Both the position numbers and the translations under genes were made by a program. From the human T2T-CHM13v2.0 reference genome, Homo sapiens, in NCBI RefSeq assembly GCF_009914755.1, contig NC_060925.1: 64,000 nt of DNA; one strand, 5' to 3'. The notes beneath the pieces are model-generated. The model ran no database searches and was not told where the DNA came from. It saw only the letters and a list, made by a program, of their open reading frames with translations. Positions within the stretch are counted from its first letter, which is position 1. Every line of letters starts with the position of its first letter. This document shows, in pieces, positions 14,298 through 28,440 of the stretch.

Positions 14298-14644
14298 TGA
14301 TATTGTTTGTCTCTGTCCTGACCCAAATCCCACCTTTTACTGTAATAATCCCCACATGTCATGGGAGGGACCCAGTGGGAGGTGGTCAAATCATGGAGGC
14401 AGGTTTTTCCTGTGCTGTTCTTGTGTTAGTGAATAAATCTCACTAGGTTTGGTGGAGTTCCCCTGCACATGACCTCTCTTGCCTGCTGCCATGTAAGACA
14501 TCCCTTTGCTCTTCCTTCATCTCCCACCATGATTGTGAGGCCTCCCCAGCCATGTGGAACTGTGAGTCAATTAAAACTCTTTCCTCTGTAAATTACCCAG
14601 TCTCGGGTATGTCTTTATTAGCAGCATGAGAACAGATGAATACA
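14298..14644 (+). mobile_element. THE1B-like MaLR solo LTR
   Basis: TGATATTGTTTG...GTATGTCTTTATTAGCAGCATGAGAACAGATGAATACA; 5 bp TSD AATAG/AATAC. Confidence 0.85.
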
Positions 14645-14812
14645 AATACTAAATATATTTTCTATTCTTTATTATTTTCTTTTTAACATTTTCTTTTCTC
14701 TAGCTTACTTTATTGTAAGAATGCATATATAATACATACAACATACAAAATTGTGTTAATCAACTGTTTATGTTACTGGTAAGGCATCTATCTGGTCAGT
14801 GGTAGGCTATTA

Positions 14813-15169
<357 letters not shown>

Positions 15170-15304
15170 TCAACTGCATAGGGAGGGGTCAGCACCCCTA
15201 ATCCTTGCATTGTTCAAAACTGTTATTCAGAACCAACAAGAAGCTATAGTTGGATCAGATCTTTAGAATCTTTGAAGTTGGAAAGAATATTAAAGATTGT
15301 CTAG

Positions 15305-15755
15305 TCCAGTGTTTTTCACATGCTCCTGATGATGCTAATTCCTTGTTCTTATTCCATTCCTGTTGAATTTGAATCTCCAGGGATGGGGACTGGGAAACTG
15401 TTTACACAACATGATATTTTTATCATCAGGGCAGTTTTAAATAGATTTTTAAAATTTTTATTGCAAATAGAGATGCAAATAGAGATGTGGCCTTACTATG
15501 TTGCCCAGGCTCATCTTGAACTCCTGGGCTCAAGCGATCCAACTGCCTCAGCCTCCCAAAGGGTTGAGATTACAGGCGTGAGTCACTGATTCTCAGCCTT
15601 ATGTGTCTTATATATCAGAATTATCTGCAGAGTTGTTAAAAATACAGGAGGCTGGGTAGTGGACATCATGTCCTTAGATTCTAATTCCATCTATGCATCT
15701 ACATTTTTAACGAGCTCCACAGGCAATGCCAAAGCAAGTTTGGGAATCAGTGATG
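15305..15755. mobile_element. MER5-like fragments with an embedded FLAM_C-like Alu monomer (about 15455-15598, minus)
   Basis: Monomer: ATGTTGCCCAGGCT...GAACTCCTGGGCTCAAGCGATCC...GATTACAGGCGTGAG. MER5-like: ATCAGAATTATCTGCAGAG and CATTTTTAACGAGCTCCACAGG. Confidence 0.6.
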
Positions 15756-16479
15756 TACTTTGATTTCTTACACGTGAGTAATCTCTCCCAAAACATTCTG
15801 CTTAAACAAGTAACTCAAAAGCCAAGCTATTTCCTCGTTGGGGGGATGCCTAATTTTAGATATTACCTCCGTTTGTTGGGCCAAAGTATGACTTCCTGTA
15901 ACCTCTACCCTCAAGTCTCAGCTTATCTTCCAGAGCAACAAAATAATTATTTCAAATGTGTAGCTTGCAGATGGTGCTAGTAAATGTCAAATCTGTTCCC
16001 CTGTTTCTACATAATTGTCCTCCAAGTACAACAGACCCTATACTTGACCTATTCCTTCACATGTGATTACTCCATAAATTGTCTCTTTTCATACAAAACA
16101 TCTCCACTTTCAAAAGCACTTTTTATGGTGTCTATATTCATAGAATCCTCATTACCTGACAGCAGACATGCTGCAACATCTGTATTAAAATTAATTTATT
16201 CCACAAATGGTACTGAGCACCCACTATATGTCAAACTCTGCTTTAGACACAAGGGTTACCACAAGGACCAGAACTGAACCCAGGATGCCAGATGGGTTCT
16301 AGGTGAATCTAGTGGGAATACAGTTCTGACTCCATTGTTCCAGTAATGCAGCCCATGACTACAGTGGCTATTTTGAAAGCCACGTCAAACTGTTAGTTAA
16401 CTCTGGGTTAGAATTTAACTAACTAAAATTTCAGGACTTCATATAAGTTACTATTATTATTACCATTACTATCATAAGT

Positions 16480-17085
16480 ACTATAGACAATAACTTTTGT
16501 CCAATGACATATAGTTTGTAAAGTTGTTTCTACATACCTAATTCTCACAACACCTCTGTGAACTTGTATTATTATTTCCAGGTTATGGATGGTGTTATAG
16601 TCAGTTTGGGATGCTATAACAAAGTACCATAGACTGGATGGCTTATAAACAACAGAAATTGATTTCTCACAGTTCTGGACGCTGGAAGTCCCAGATACCA
16701 GCATGGATGAGTTCTGGTGAAGGCCCTCTTCCATATTGCAGGCTGCCAACTTCTCATTGTATTCTCCATGGCAGAAAGAGAGTGAGTTAGCTCTCTGGTC
16801 TTTTCTCATAAGGACACTAATCCCATTTATGAGGGTTCTAGCCTTATGACCTAATTACCTCCCAAAGGCTCCACCTCCCAATACAATCATATTGGGGATT
16901 AGATGTCAACATACACATTTTTGTGGGAGAGACTACACAAATATTCAGCCCATAAAGACAGAGAAACCGAGGCTCAAATAAGTTTAGAGTGATGCTTGAA
17001 ATTACATACCGATGTCAGCCAAGCTAGGACTTGAACCTAGACCTTTGACTCCAAATCTGAAGCATTTTCTATTGCCTCACAATGC
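16480..17085 (-). mobile_element. MIR interrupted by an MLT1-type MaLR LTR (about 16593-16957)
   Basis: LTR: GCTATAACAAAGTACCATAGACTGGATGGCTTATAAACAACAGAAATT...ATTCAGCCCATA. MIR resumes at GAGAAACCGAGGCTC...GGACTTGAACCTAGACC. Confidence 0.75.
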
Positions 17086-17674
17086 CGTAATAAGCCAGGG
17101 ATTCCCTGCTTGTACTTCAGCAAGTGGGACAAATTTGGGTGAAACATTACTTTTTCTCATTTAATTATATATGATTAACTTTGACCCTTTATTCTAGCCT
17201 CTTGAAATCTTTATAAATTCATGGTTGACCTATTAGTATATTGGCTGTCCTTGTCTTCAATTGGTATCATGTAGTCTCTATGTCCTTATCCAGGTTATTA
17301 CAAACTTTGAGCAGGACACAGCCAAAGAGAGAACCCATTGGCATATCGCTGCAACCTTTCTCTGGGTTAACATTAACACAATAATGAACACACTGGGGAC
17401 CATTTTTCAACCAGCTAGGATTTTATATACCTGTGCCATCATTCTGCTCACATGTCCCAATCTTGACATTCAAAGAAATCATGAAAGCCTTAGTCAAGGG
17501 TCTGCTGAAGATGCATTATGTCTACAGAATTCTCCTGATCCACCAAAGAGAAAATGGTCACCTTTTAGCTGAGTGGACAATTTTAACTGTCCCACAAATC
17601 AAGTTACCTCATCATTCAAAATAAAACAACTCAAGGTGTTCTTTTACGTCTTGGAAAAGCCTTGTGAGTGCAAC

Positions 17675-17960
17675 CATCCTTTAAGATCCAGCTCAGATGT
17701 CACCCTCTCTGGGAAGCCTTTTTCGATCCCCTAGGCAGATTTAGCAACACTCATTGCTCTGTCCCAGCATGATACTCATGCTGACCTAGCACTTCCCACA
17801 TTATCTGCTGTTATTTGCTTCCTTTTCACCCCTAATATTTCAACTTCTGAGGGCAAAAACTGCATTTTATTCACCTTTGAAATCTTCTGCAACATAGTGT
17901 AGTGATTGGTGCATATAAGAAATTCACAATAAATATTTGCTGAATGAATGGGTGATTGAA
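17675..17960 (+). mobile_element. L2 3' fragment
   Basis: CCTTTAAGATCCAGCTCAGATGTCACCCTCTCTGGGAAGCC...AATAAATATTTGCTGAATGAATG. Confidence 0.8.
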
Positions 17961-18084
17961 TACATATATAAGTGGGAAATAAAGTTCCCTTGTAACGTTT
18001 TTACAAGATAAAGAATATTAACAAGAATCACTTTTCAATTTCTTTTGGACTGTGACACTTCTTATTGAGGATATCTAAAAACAA

Positions 18085-18641
18085 TGGACAAAACCTGATC
18101 AAAAAAGTCCAATATGTATCCAACTTTTCATAAAGAAGAAATAATCCTTTGGCCTGCTAGAGTGGTTGTAGTTTTAAGATTAATCTTAACTTATTTGTAG
18201 CCCATAAAACAAAACTAATTGTAGAATTCAAAGCTTTAGAGCATTCTTAGGTGGCTTGATGGGAAAGCATTGAAATAAATACAAACATTTAGATAAAACA
18301 ACCATTTTAATAGTATTAACTCTGCCAATTAATGATAATGGAAGAGCCGTCCAATTAGCTAAATTGCTAATAGTTTTATCAAGCAGAGGTTGGTAATTTA
18401 AAGCAAACAAATTCTTTCTAATTTTATCCACTTGCACACCAAGATATTTAAAGGATAACAGGGGATCCAATAAAGAGTATTGCTCAAGAAGAGCTATATT
18501 TAAATCTCCTAATGGCTATAACACAGAGTTACCCCAATTAGTCAGAAAATCCAAGCAGTCAGTAAATTCTTTCAAGCTTTCACAATTTGGGGTAAAAATA
18601 AATGAGATACAAGAAAGGTGCTACTTGCAATCATTAGCATT
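18085..18641 (-). mobile_element. Ancient L1-clade LINE ORF2 (reverse transcriptase C-terminal half) fossil of non-mammalian/Tx1-like type
   Basis: Minus-strand translation NAND-(19 codons)-KEF...NW.NS...FKYLGV...LNYQPLL...W..LPLSLIGRVNTIKM.VL.K.LYLFQCFPI, then after a frameshift LNSTISFVLW...KGL...YW; collinear with L1 ORF2 motifs. Confidence 0.8.
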
Positions 18642-19289
18642 ATTACTGAGGTACATTTGGAAGATGGAGAGTGTCCTGAGACAGTCAGGGGTATAAACTT
18701 AACTCATCAAATGCAGCAATTGTGAGCACTCTGCACTCATGCTCAGCCTCACACTGGGGCATTTCTGAGCAGTTTTCTTGGAGGTTACCGCTATATACCC
18801 CTACTCAGTACAGAAGGTCAGGGAGAAGTTGATTCCACACCAAGTTTGGGACTGGGACTGCGCCTGTCAAACCTCCACAGAGAATCCAGGCACATAATTG
18901 GATAATTCAGGAAGATCTTCTTAGGACAAGAATGATGTTAACATTTCTTACAATACCTGTTTTATTATTCTCAAGAGAATAGACTTTCAAAAACATCTGT
19001 GTTATCTGAATATGTGAACTTCATCAGTAGGGACATGGTCAGTTAAGGACAAATGGCAAATGATCAACTAAAAAGGGCCTTTGTTGTCCTTCTGCTTGGG
19101 TATAAGATAACCTTAAAATTTTCAGAATTAATGATGCTGTTAACCCCACATTAGGGTACTGCCAACCAAGCCACTGTGCTTAGATGGACAAATGTTAAAG
19201 AGAAAAGAACACAATGAAGAGCCTTTCCAGAGCATTATCTTTGCCAGTGCTAGCAGGTGGAAAGTATTATTTGACTATCATAACTTTCT

Positions 19290-19500
19290 TTTATTGAGCT
19301 ACTTACTAGGAGCCAAGCACTGTGTCAATATCTTCATATTCCTTATTTCATTAAGCTTCCCATCAATAAAGTGAGCATTACCTGTGTTGTATAGATGAGT
19401 TTACTGAGGCTTACAGGTTAAGTAGCTTGCCCACAGCTATTAGTCTGGGAGCCAGGATTCAGCCTTAGGGCTCTCTCACTACAAGGACCTTGCTTTACCT
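19290..19500 (-). mobile_element. MIR
   Basis: TTTATTGAGCTACTTACTAGGAGCCAAGCACTGTG...TAGATGAG...ACTGAGGCTT...GGAGCCAGGATTC. Confidence 0.75.
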
Positions 19501-20272
19501 GGATTGTGTCCTGCCATCCTGGTTCCATCATCTGGCATGTTGTCAGTGTTCAGTGTATATTGCAGGAGGATGATGGTCTCCATGTGTTCTAGTGGTACAG
19601 AGAACAAATACCCTATGGATAGCCCTGTGGGGTAAATAAAGAATGAACTGGGCCCAGCTGGGCATTTGCATCAAAGTGCCTCACCAGAGTTCCCAGCTGC
19701 TCTGGCAGAGTGCCCAGGCTTGCCCCAGAGCCCAAACAGAATGCTCTTTGAGATGCCTCTGGTTTTCATTTTCCAAACCTTGCCACACACAACAAGTGGG
19801 CCTGGGGCTGGCCTCAAAGTCCCCACCCTGCCTCACTTCCTTTGGGGGTTGGGGGAAGGGTTGTAGAAAGAAAAAGAATTGGTGATACCAGTATCTTGGT
19901 ATGAAGAACTAACTTTTCTCTAAACTGTTAAAGGTCTTGTCAAATCCATCCATAGACTCAAATATTAACAAGGATCTTTAGATAAAAGGTTGTCAGTGAC
20001 ATAAACCACATGGAACTTGTGTTTACCACAAAATAAGAGCAAGGGCATATTTCTTATTTTTGTGTGTACCAAGAAATACAATCAAAGACTAATGGAAAGA
20101 CTTAAACGTAGTTCAGTTTCAGGACTGAGAGCAGGATGGGCTGAGAAAACACTTCCTAACCCAGACGCCCAAGCAGGCAGGCCAGCCTGAGCAAGGCCTG
20201 GTCAATGTTAGGAAGCAATCTTAATTTCTCTCCCTTTATATTGTCTGCTGTTTGGTTTAGGCTCTTTCAAAA

Positions 20273-20543
20273 TTTTTTTTTTTTTTTTTTTGAGACGGAG
20301 TCTTGCTCTGTCGCCCAGGCTGGAGTGCAGTGGAGCTATCTCGACTCACTGCAAGCTCCGCCTCCCGAGTTCACGCCATTCTCCTGCCTCACCCTCTTGA
20401 GTAGCTGGGACTACAGACACCCGCTACCATGCCCGGCTAATTTTTTTTTATTTTAGTAGAGACAGGGTTTCACCGTGTTAGCCAGGATGGCCCTTGGCCT
20501 CCCAAAGTGCTGGGATTACAGGTGTGAGCCATCGCGCCCGGCC
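20273..20543 (-). mobile_element. AluY-like element with an internal ~29 bp deletion
   Basis: Y diagnostics GCAAGCTCCGCC, TTCACGCCATTCTCC and CCGTGTTAGCCAGGATGG; sequence jumps to CCTTGGCCTCCC at about 20491. Confidence 0.88.
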
Positions 20544-20911
20544 CCATTTAGCCCCTTTTCAAGGACAGATCTCATGGAAAAAAGCACCTGGCAGGTCACA
20601 GATACTCAATGAGCAGAGTTTTTTTTCTTTCTAGTTCTACTTTTTAGTAGAACTTTTCTAGTAGTTTCTTTACTACTTACAGAACAGTATAAATGAGGAT
20701 AATTTTATCCTCAGCAGAAGTGGCACTTTGGTTTGAGAAAGAATGAGGGAGGGGGGTGGAAAACAGCTGAAAAATACCAGCCATTATCTGTTTGGCCTCT
20801 TGGTTGGTCCTAGAGATTTTCACAGTAAATTCTACCCACCATCAGCTGGTGTGAGGGGAAAACACTGGGCCAGGAGTCAGGATCCTTGGTCTTCTTCCCA
20901 CCTAGGCCTCT

Positions 20912-21352
20912 ATGGTAGGGTAGATTTCCTGAGAAACAGACTCTGTTACGGAGGTTTTCTTGCAGGAGGTTTACTGGGAAGTGCTCTCAGTAACACCTAT
21001 GAGGTGTTAAGAGAAGCAGGCTTGGAGAGAGGGAGAAGATGAGCTGTGATGTTGCTATAACAAAGCCTCAGCAGATCCCAAAGGGAGCTCTGGAGCTGGG
21101 TGGCCTTTATAATGTCTGGAATGGAGGCAGGGGTCCGGGACTTTGAACGTTGCATTGATCAGTCACTCCATGTAGGCTGCTCCTGGGGAGGCACCATAAT
21201 CCTAGCTGAGACCGGTTCCTTCCTCTGAGGCACTTCCTGCAGAGGGTCTCAGCTGTGAACCATCGGCTGGCAGCACTTCTCACAGCTGGGAAAATGAGTG
21301 CCTTGGTCCTGAAGGGAGGAGGGGTCTGGGCAGTGCATCATAGCATCCACTA
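20912..21352 (-). mobile_element. LTR16-family (ERVL) solo LTR
   Basis: AAACAGACTCTG...GGAGGTTTACTGGGAAGTGCTCTCAG...GAAGCAGGC...GAGGGAGAAG...GCATCCACTA. Confidence 0.65.
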
Positions 21353-21994
21353 TTGCTCCCAGATGGGTGAGGCACCTCACTCCTTTGGTCCTCACTATCC
21401 TAAAATCGAACAGTCCTTTCAACCAGTACCTGTGGATACCTACTGTGAGCGTATTGTTTCCTTAGCATGGAATGTCTTCCCTTCATACAGAACTACCCAA
21501 GAAGTTAATATATCACAATTCTGATAAAATGCCAGGTCCTCTAAGGAGTCACCTTTAACTATAAGGCACAATTAAGACTCTGTCTTCCTTATGTCTGTGT
21601 CATCAAAGCATTTCATACAAATTCCTCCTAGGATTTATCTCACTGTATTAAAATTACTGTTCACAGAAGACTCTATTTTATTTATACTTATATCTTTTTC
21701 TCTTTTCCTCCAACACAAAACTTTGGTGACCAAGTCATTATTTAAAGTCAGTTTTGTCTGATATGAGCATAGTTGATACCGTCTTTCTTTTGGTATTTGC
21801 ATAATTTATTTTTTTCATCCTTTCACTTTAAATTTTTCTATATTTTTATATTTTAGACATGTCTCCTACAAATGACATTTAATTCAACTTAAATGTATTA
21901 TTATCTATTCTGACAATCTTTGTATTTAAACTGTAGCACTTATCCCATTTATTCTCAGTTGAATTAGTGATGTGTTTAGGTTTAAAAAACAACC

Positions 21995-22399
21995 TTTTTT
22001 TTTTTTTTTTAGACAGAGTCTCGCTCTGTCACCCAGGTGGAAGTGCAGTGGCGCACTACAACCTCTGCCTCTTGGGTTCAAGTGATTTTCATGCCTCAGC
22101 CTCCTGAGTAGCTGGGATTACAGGCACCTGCCACCATGCCTGGCTAATTTTTTTTTGTATTTTTAGTAGAGATGGGGTTTCACCATGTTGGCCAGGTTGG
22201 TCTTGAACACCTGACCTCAAGTGATCTGCCTGCCTTGGCCTTCCACCATGCCCAGCCGCAGCTAATTTTTTGTATTTTTAGTAGAGACATGGTTTCCCTG
22301 TGTTGGCCAGGATGGTCTTGAACTCCTGGCCTCAAGTGATCTGCTTACTTGGGCCTGCCAGAGTGCTGGGATTACAGGCGTGAGCCACCGCACCTGGCC
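21995..22399 (-). mobile_element. Three-arm Alu (one right arm plus two left arms)
   Basis: Two consecutive linker+left-arm units; a single TSD pair AAAAAACAACC at 21984-21994 and 22400-22410. Confidence 0.85.
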
Positions 22400-22612
22400 A
22401 AAAAACAACCGTCTTATTTCGTGCTTTTAGTTTGGTCCACCAGATCTGTGTTTCTTTTTCTCACCTTTCTTGCCTTTCTTTTGAACTGATTATTTTTTCT
22501 TACCATCTATTTTTTCCTTTTCTGTTGGTATGAAAATAATGTACTCTTTTTCTATTCTTTGAGCAGTGGCTCTCTGGCTCTAGAAATCACAACATTCCTT
22601 TCCTTAGCAAAG

Positions 22613-22922
22613 TTTTTTTTTTTTTTTTTAATTTAAAGACAGGGTCTCACTTTGTGGCCCAGGCTGGAGTGCAGTGATGCAATCACAGCTCACTACATCC
22701 TCAACTTCCCCGGCTTAAGCAATCTTCCCACCTCACCCTCACCAGTAGCTGGGATAACAGGCACACACCACCACACCTGGCTAGTTTTGTTTGTTTATTT
22801 TTTGTAGCAACGAGGTCTTGCTATGTTCCCCAGGCTGGTCTCAGACTTCTAGGCTCAAGCAATCCTCCCACCCTGGCCTCCCAAAGTGCTGGGTTTACAG
22901 GTGTGAGCTACCATGCCTTGCT
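22613..22922 (-). mobile_element. AluJ
   Basis: ACAGGGTCTCAC...ATCACAGCTCACT...GGCTCAAGCAATCCTCCCACC (J-type positions). Confidence 0.88.
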
Positions 22923-22990
22923 TAAAGTCTAATGTTAATCAGTACTTTCACTGTCCTTCTGGAATGAGTATAAGGACCTCAGAATAACTT

Positions 22991-23213
<223 letters not shown>

Positions 23214-23607
23214 AGGACCTTAGAATAATTTAACAAAACTTCCCTTTCTCCCTAGTTTCTAGCTGGCAACATGTAGTTGCTATAAATTTTAATTCTGTAT
23301 ATTTTAACACGCTGTAAGACATGTATATTACAGCTTTTAAGGCCAATATTTATGTTTACTCATGTATTTACCATTTTTAAAGTTCTTAATCCTTTCTGTG
23401 TCTCTGATCCTTTAGCCTAAGTCAGTAGGTTGTGAACTCTCTCAATTCTTGTTTGTCTGAAAATGTCTGTATTTTGCTTTCATGCTTGAAGGATATTTTG
23501 CTGGCTATAAAGTTCTTTAATAGTTTTTATTTTCTATAAGAACATGGAGAATATATTCCCATTTTTCCTTTGGTTTTCATTTTTGTGCTTTAGAAATTTA
23601 AATCTAA

Positions 23608-24079
<472 letters not shown>

Positions 24080-25733
24080 TTAGTCATAAAAATTTAAATA
24101 TTGCCTTTGCTCCATTTCTCTCTCTTTTAAAACTGCAATTAAATATATGTTAGACTTTTTCAGGTTGTCCTCCCTCTCTCTTATCCTCTCTGCTATATTT
24201 TCTATGTTTTTGTCTCTTTGTGCTATAATAAGGAAAGTTTATTCTGACTTATTTTTCTGTTCAATAATTCTTTCTTCAGCTATGTCTAATATGCCCTTAA
24301 ACTCACTCAATTAATTCATAATTTGTTAGTATATTTCCCCTTTTCAAAATTATGTCACTTTTCCCCCTCAGTTTCTTTCTGAAATTTTGAAGATTTTCTT
24401 TTCTTTCTTTTCCCTTTTTTTTTTTTTTTTTTTTTTTAGGCTTGGTAGGCATAGTTCTTTTATAGTTGATATCTAATAATCCCAATATATGAAGTCTTTG
24501 TTGGTCTGTTTCTACTATCTTCTTGTTTTAACTGGTTCTTGCTCATGGTATCTTGTTTCCTATGCGTTTTGTTTTCTTTGTGTGCTATACAATGTATTTT
24601 AGGAATACTTTGAGACATGAGATGATAGTGCCTCTTACAAGAGAGTAATTTAATTTGTTTCTGTCAGGATTCTAGAGATGCTACTAATGCAGGACTATCT
24701 TAATCCAAGTTCAAGGCTTCAGGTTCCCTAAAAGAGCCAAATGATGAGAAGCTAGGCTGCAAGTCTTTTGAAGGACTGGTTTAATTCTGGTTTACCCTTA
24801 CCCTTAAGTGATAACCTTGCTAGGCTCTACCTTACAGTGGCAGGTGGTTTATCTGAGTCTTAAACTTCGGTGGACCCTGAGCTTTAGGCCTTGTTTCCTC
24901 TGCCCTGAAAGACCCCCACCCGCCCTAAGCAAATGCAGTTTCGCAGTTATTTCTTCGACACAAGCAAATGTCATTAGGGCCAAACAGATTTTAATATAGG
25001 GGTTACATTTTTTCTAGATTTTGACTGGGCAATTTCTTATTTGATTAACTTTTTGGTGCTTTTGGAAGGTGTGAGTTTTTTAAAAATATGTTTCCCCAAT
25101 TTCATTTTACTTTTTCTCAGCAGAGGGGTTACTCTGAGATAACTAGTCTACCACTATAGGAAATAATATATATCTATTATTATATTTCAGTCTTTGGCAC
25201 AGCTCTGGTCATTCAATATTTGTTAAAGAATGACGATATGAATGGCCATGGGCATTGGAATCAAGTTGTAGAAGCTATGGTTTCTTTCTTCAAGGAACTT
25301 ATCATTTAATAAGTGAAGAAAAAATCACAAATAAAACTTAAATAATGACTATACTTTCTTAGTAGAAGTGTAAATTAATATACCTTTCTGGAGAAAAATT
25401 TGGCAATGCTTATCAAAATTAAATATACCCTTTGGCTAAATTCCACATCTAAGAATTTATCTGATGTATACTCCACACAGAGTTGGACAGGTGCTTAAAG
25501 ATGTATATATGAGTAGTTTTTATTGATAACAGCATGTTTGTAATACAAAAGACAAAATGATCTAAATATCTATTGAGATGGGACTGATGAAATAAATTAT
25601 GATATATTATAATATAATGAAATAATGTGCAGCCATTAAAAAGAATGAGAGAAGATTAACATATATTGATAAGGAATAATTTGAAAGATATATTTAAGTG
25701 AAAACAAAGAAATAAACAAGAAGCTTGATAGGA

Positions 25734-26593
<860 letters not shown>

Positions 26594-27499
26594 TCATACC
26601 TGAGGAGCACAGTGGTCATATCTGAGGAGAGGAACTGGGACTTGGAGTACGAGAATAGGAAGTAAACTCTTTTCTGGGAGCTTTTGTGTTCTATATTATA
26701 GTTTATATTTATTTTTCCCATGTGCATTTTAAAACCATTACCTTAAAATACAAAAAGTGTGAGGACAGTAGTGTATTAGAAGGCATACTATACTGGTGGT
26801 CAGTTGACCTGAGCTGTAGTTTGTTTTTGTTACGAAGTCCCATGATCTTTCCAGAACTCAGTGTCCTCTTCTGAGAAATGTGGACACTGACCTAGCCGGT
26901 CTCCAAGGCCTCTTTCAATTTTAACATTCCCCCATTCCACTGACTAACACAGAGATACTTTTATTGCAGAAGTGCTTCGGTCAGGCAGTGTCTTTGAAGA
27001 TAATTTGGCAAATGAAAGCCCTGGTATTGGATGAAAGTGCTAGCTGCTGGGAATGCTACCCCTCCTTTTGGTTCTCCTTCAAGTATTACACTGTGCTTTC
27101 CCTGAGACAATAAACTGAAATAACTGATTTGTTTAGCTTCACAGTTTGAAACTGTGGTTTTTAATATAACCTCACATTTGAAATATTTTAGGCCTGTTTT
27201 TCTTTAGGATCGGGTAGGTTTAAATCTCTGACAGATTGACCGAATCTCATTACCCCCTATTTACTATACAACGAAAGCTTATTTCCTAAGTGTTTCCACA
27301 TTTTACGCTCACATAGATCTAAGTGGCCAAAATATTTAATTAAATGGACTATTCATACAATCTTATTTCCTGGCTGGTCATCTATGTCAATGATAACAGT
27401 AGCATTTATCCCATGGCTATGAATCTGAATCTTAAAAAAAAAAGAGAGAGAGAAAAATTATTTAAATCTAAACTATGCTCAGACTAGTGATTTGAAAGC

Positions 27500-27650
27500 T
27501 TTTTTAATTATGAAAGTAATTTAAGTTCATTTTTAAAGGTTCAAACAATACAGAAGTGTATAAAGTAGAATTGAAAGTCTCTTCGCTGCTTTAATCTCAC
27601 TCCTCAGAGGTGATCACTGTTAAGTATGGCATACATCTTTTCAGGTACAA

Positions 27651-27695
<45 letters not shown>

Positions 27696-28440
27696 TCGCT
27701 TTTATAATAATGGGATTCTACTGAACATGCTGTTTTACAGTTTGTTTTTGTACTCAGCAATATGTTGTTCTTGGGGTACACATAGCTCTACCTCACTCTT
27801 TAAAGGGCTATAAACTATTCAATCACACTGCTGTGCCATCATTTATTTGCATATTTTCTCAGTGTTGGACATCTAGAGTTAGTTTCCATTTGTATGTTGT
27901 GAGAAGCCGTGTTGTATTGAACTTAGACATTTGGCTAGAAGTTTTATAGAATGTTTTCCTTGAATTAGGGTTCTAGGTTACATGGCACTTCCTATATATA
28001 TGCCAGGCACCAGTGTAAACACTTTACAAATATCAACTTTTAAAATTCCCATGACAACCCCATGAGTTATAGATACTATTATTATCTCAGTTTTGCAGAT
28101 GATAAACTTAGGGTCAGAGAGGTTAAGCAACTTGTTTGAGATCTCATGGTTCTAACTGGTAGAGCCAGGATTGGAATCCAGGATCTCCGAATCCAGAGTC
28201 TGTTCTTAGCTCATATGCATTCTGCTGCCTCATAGGATAGGTATATTTGGAATCTTGATAGATACTGCCAAGTTGTCCCTGAAAAAGGTTCTATCAATTT
28301 ATATTTCCACAAACTGCATTTGAGTGTTCACCCATTTTCCTGTTTCATTACCAAACCCTATGTCCTCACTTTTAAATTTTTTTGCCAATTTGTGGTTGGA
28401 AAAATAGTATCAAATTATTGTTTTAACTGACAATTAATGC
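27500..28440 (-). mobile_element. Old L1M 3' fragments with a MIR-like segment (about 27990-28230)
   Basis: GATAGATACTGCCAAGTTGTCC...AATTTATATTTCCAC (L1M); TTTTGCAGATGATAAACTTAGGGTCAGAGAGGTTAAGCAACTTG (MIR). Confidence 0.65.
27652..27691. repeat. (CA)n microsatellite, about 19-20 units
   Basis: Read directly. Confidence 0.95.
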
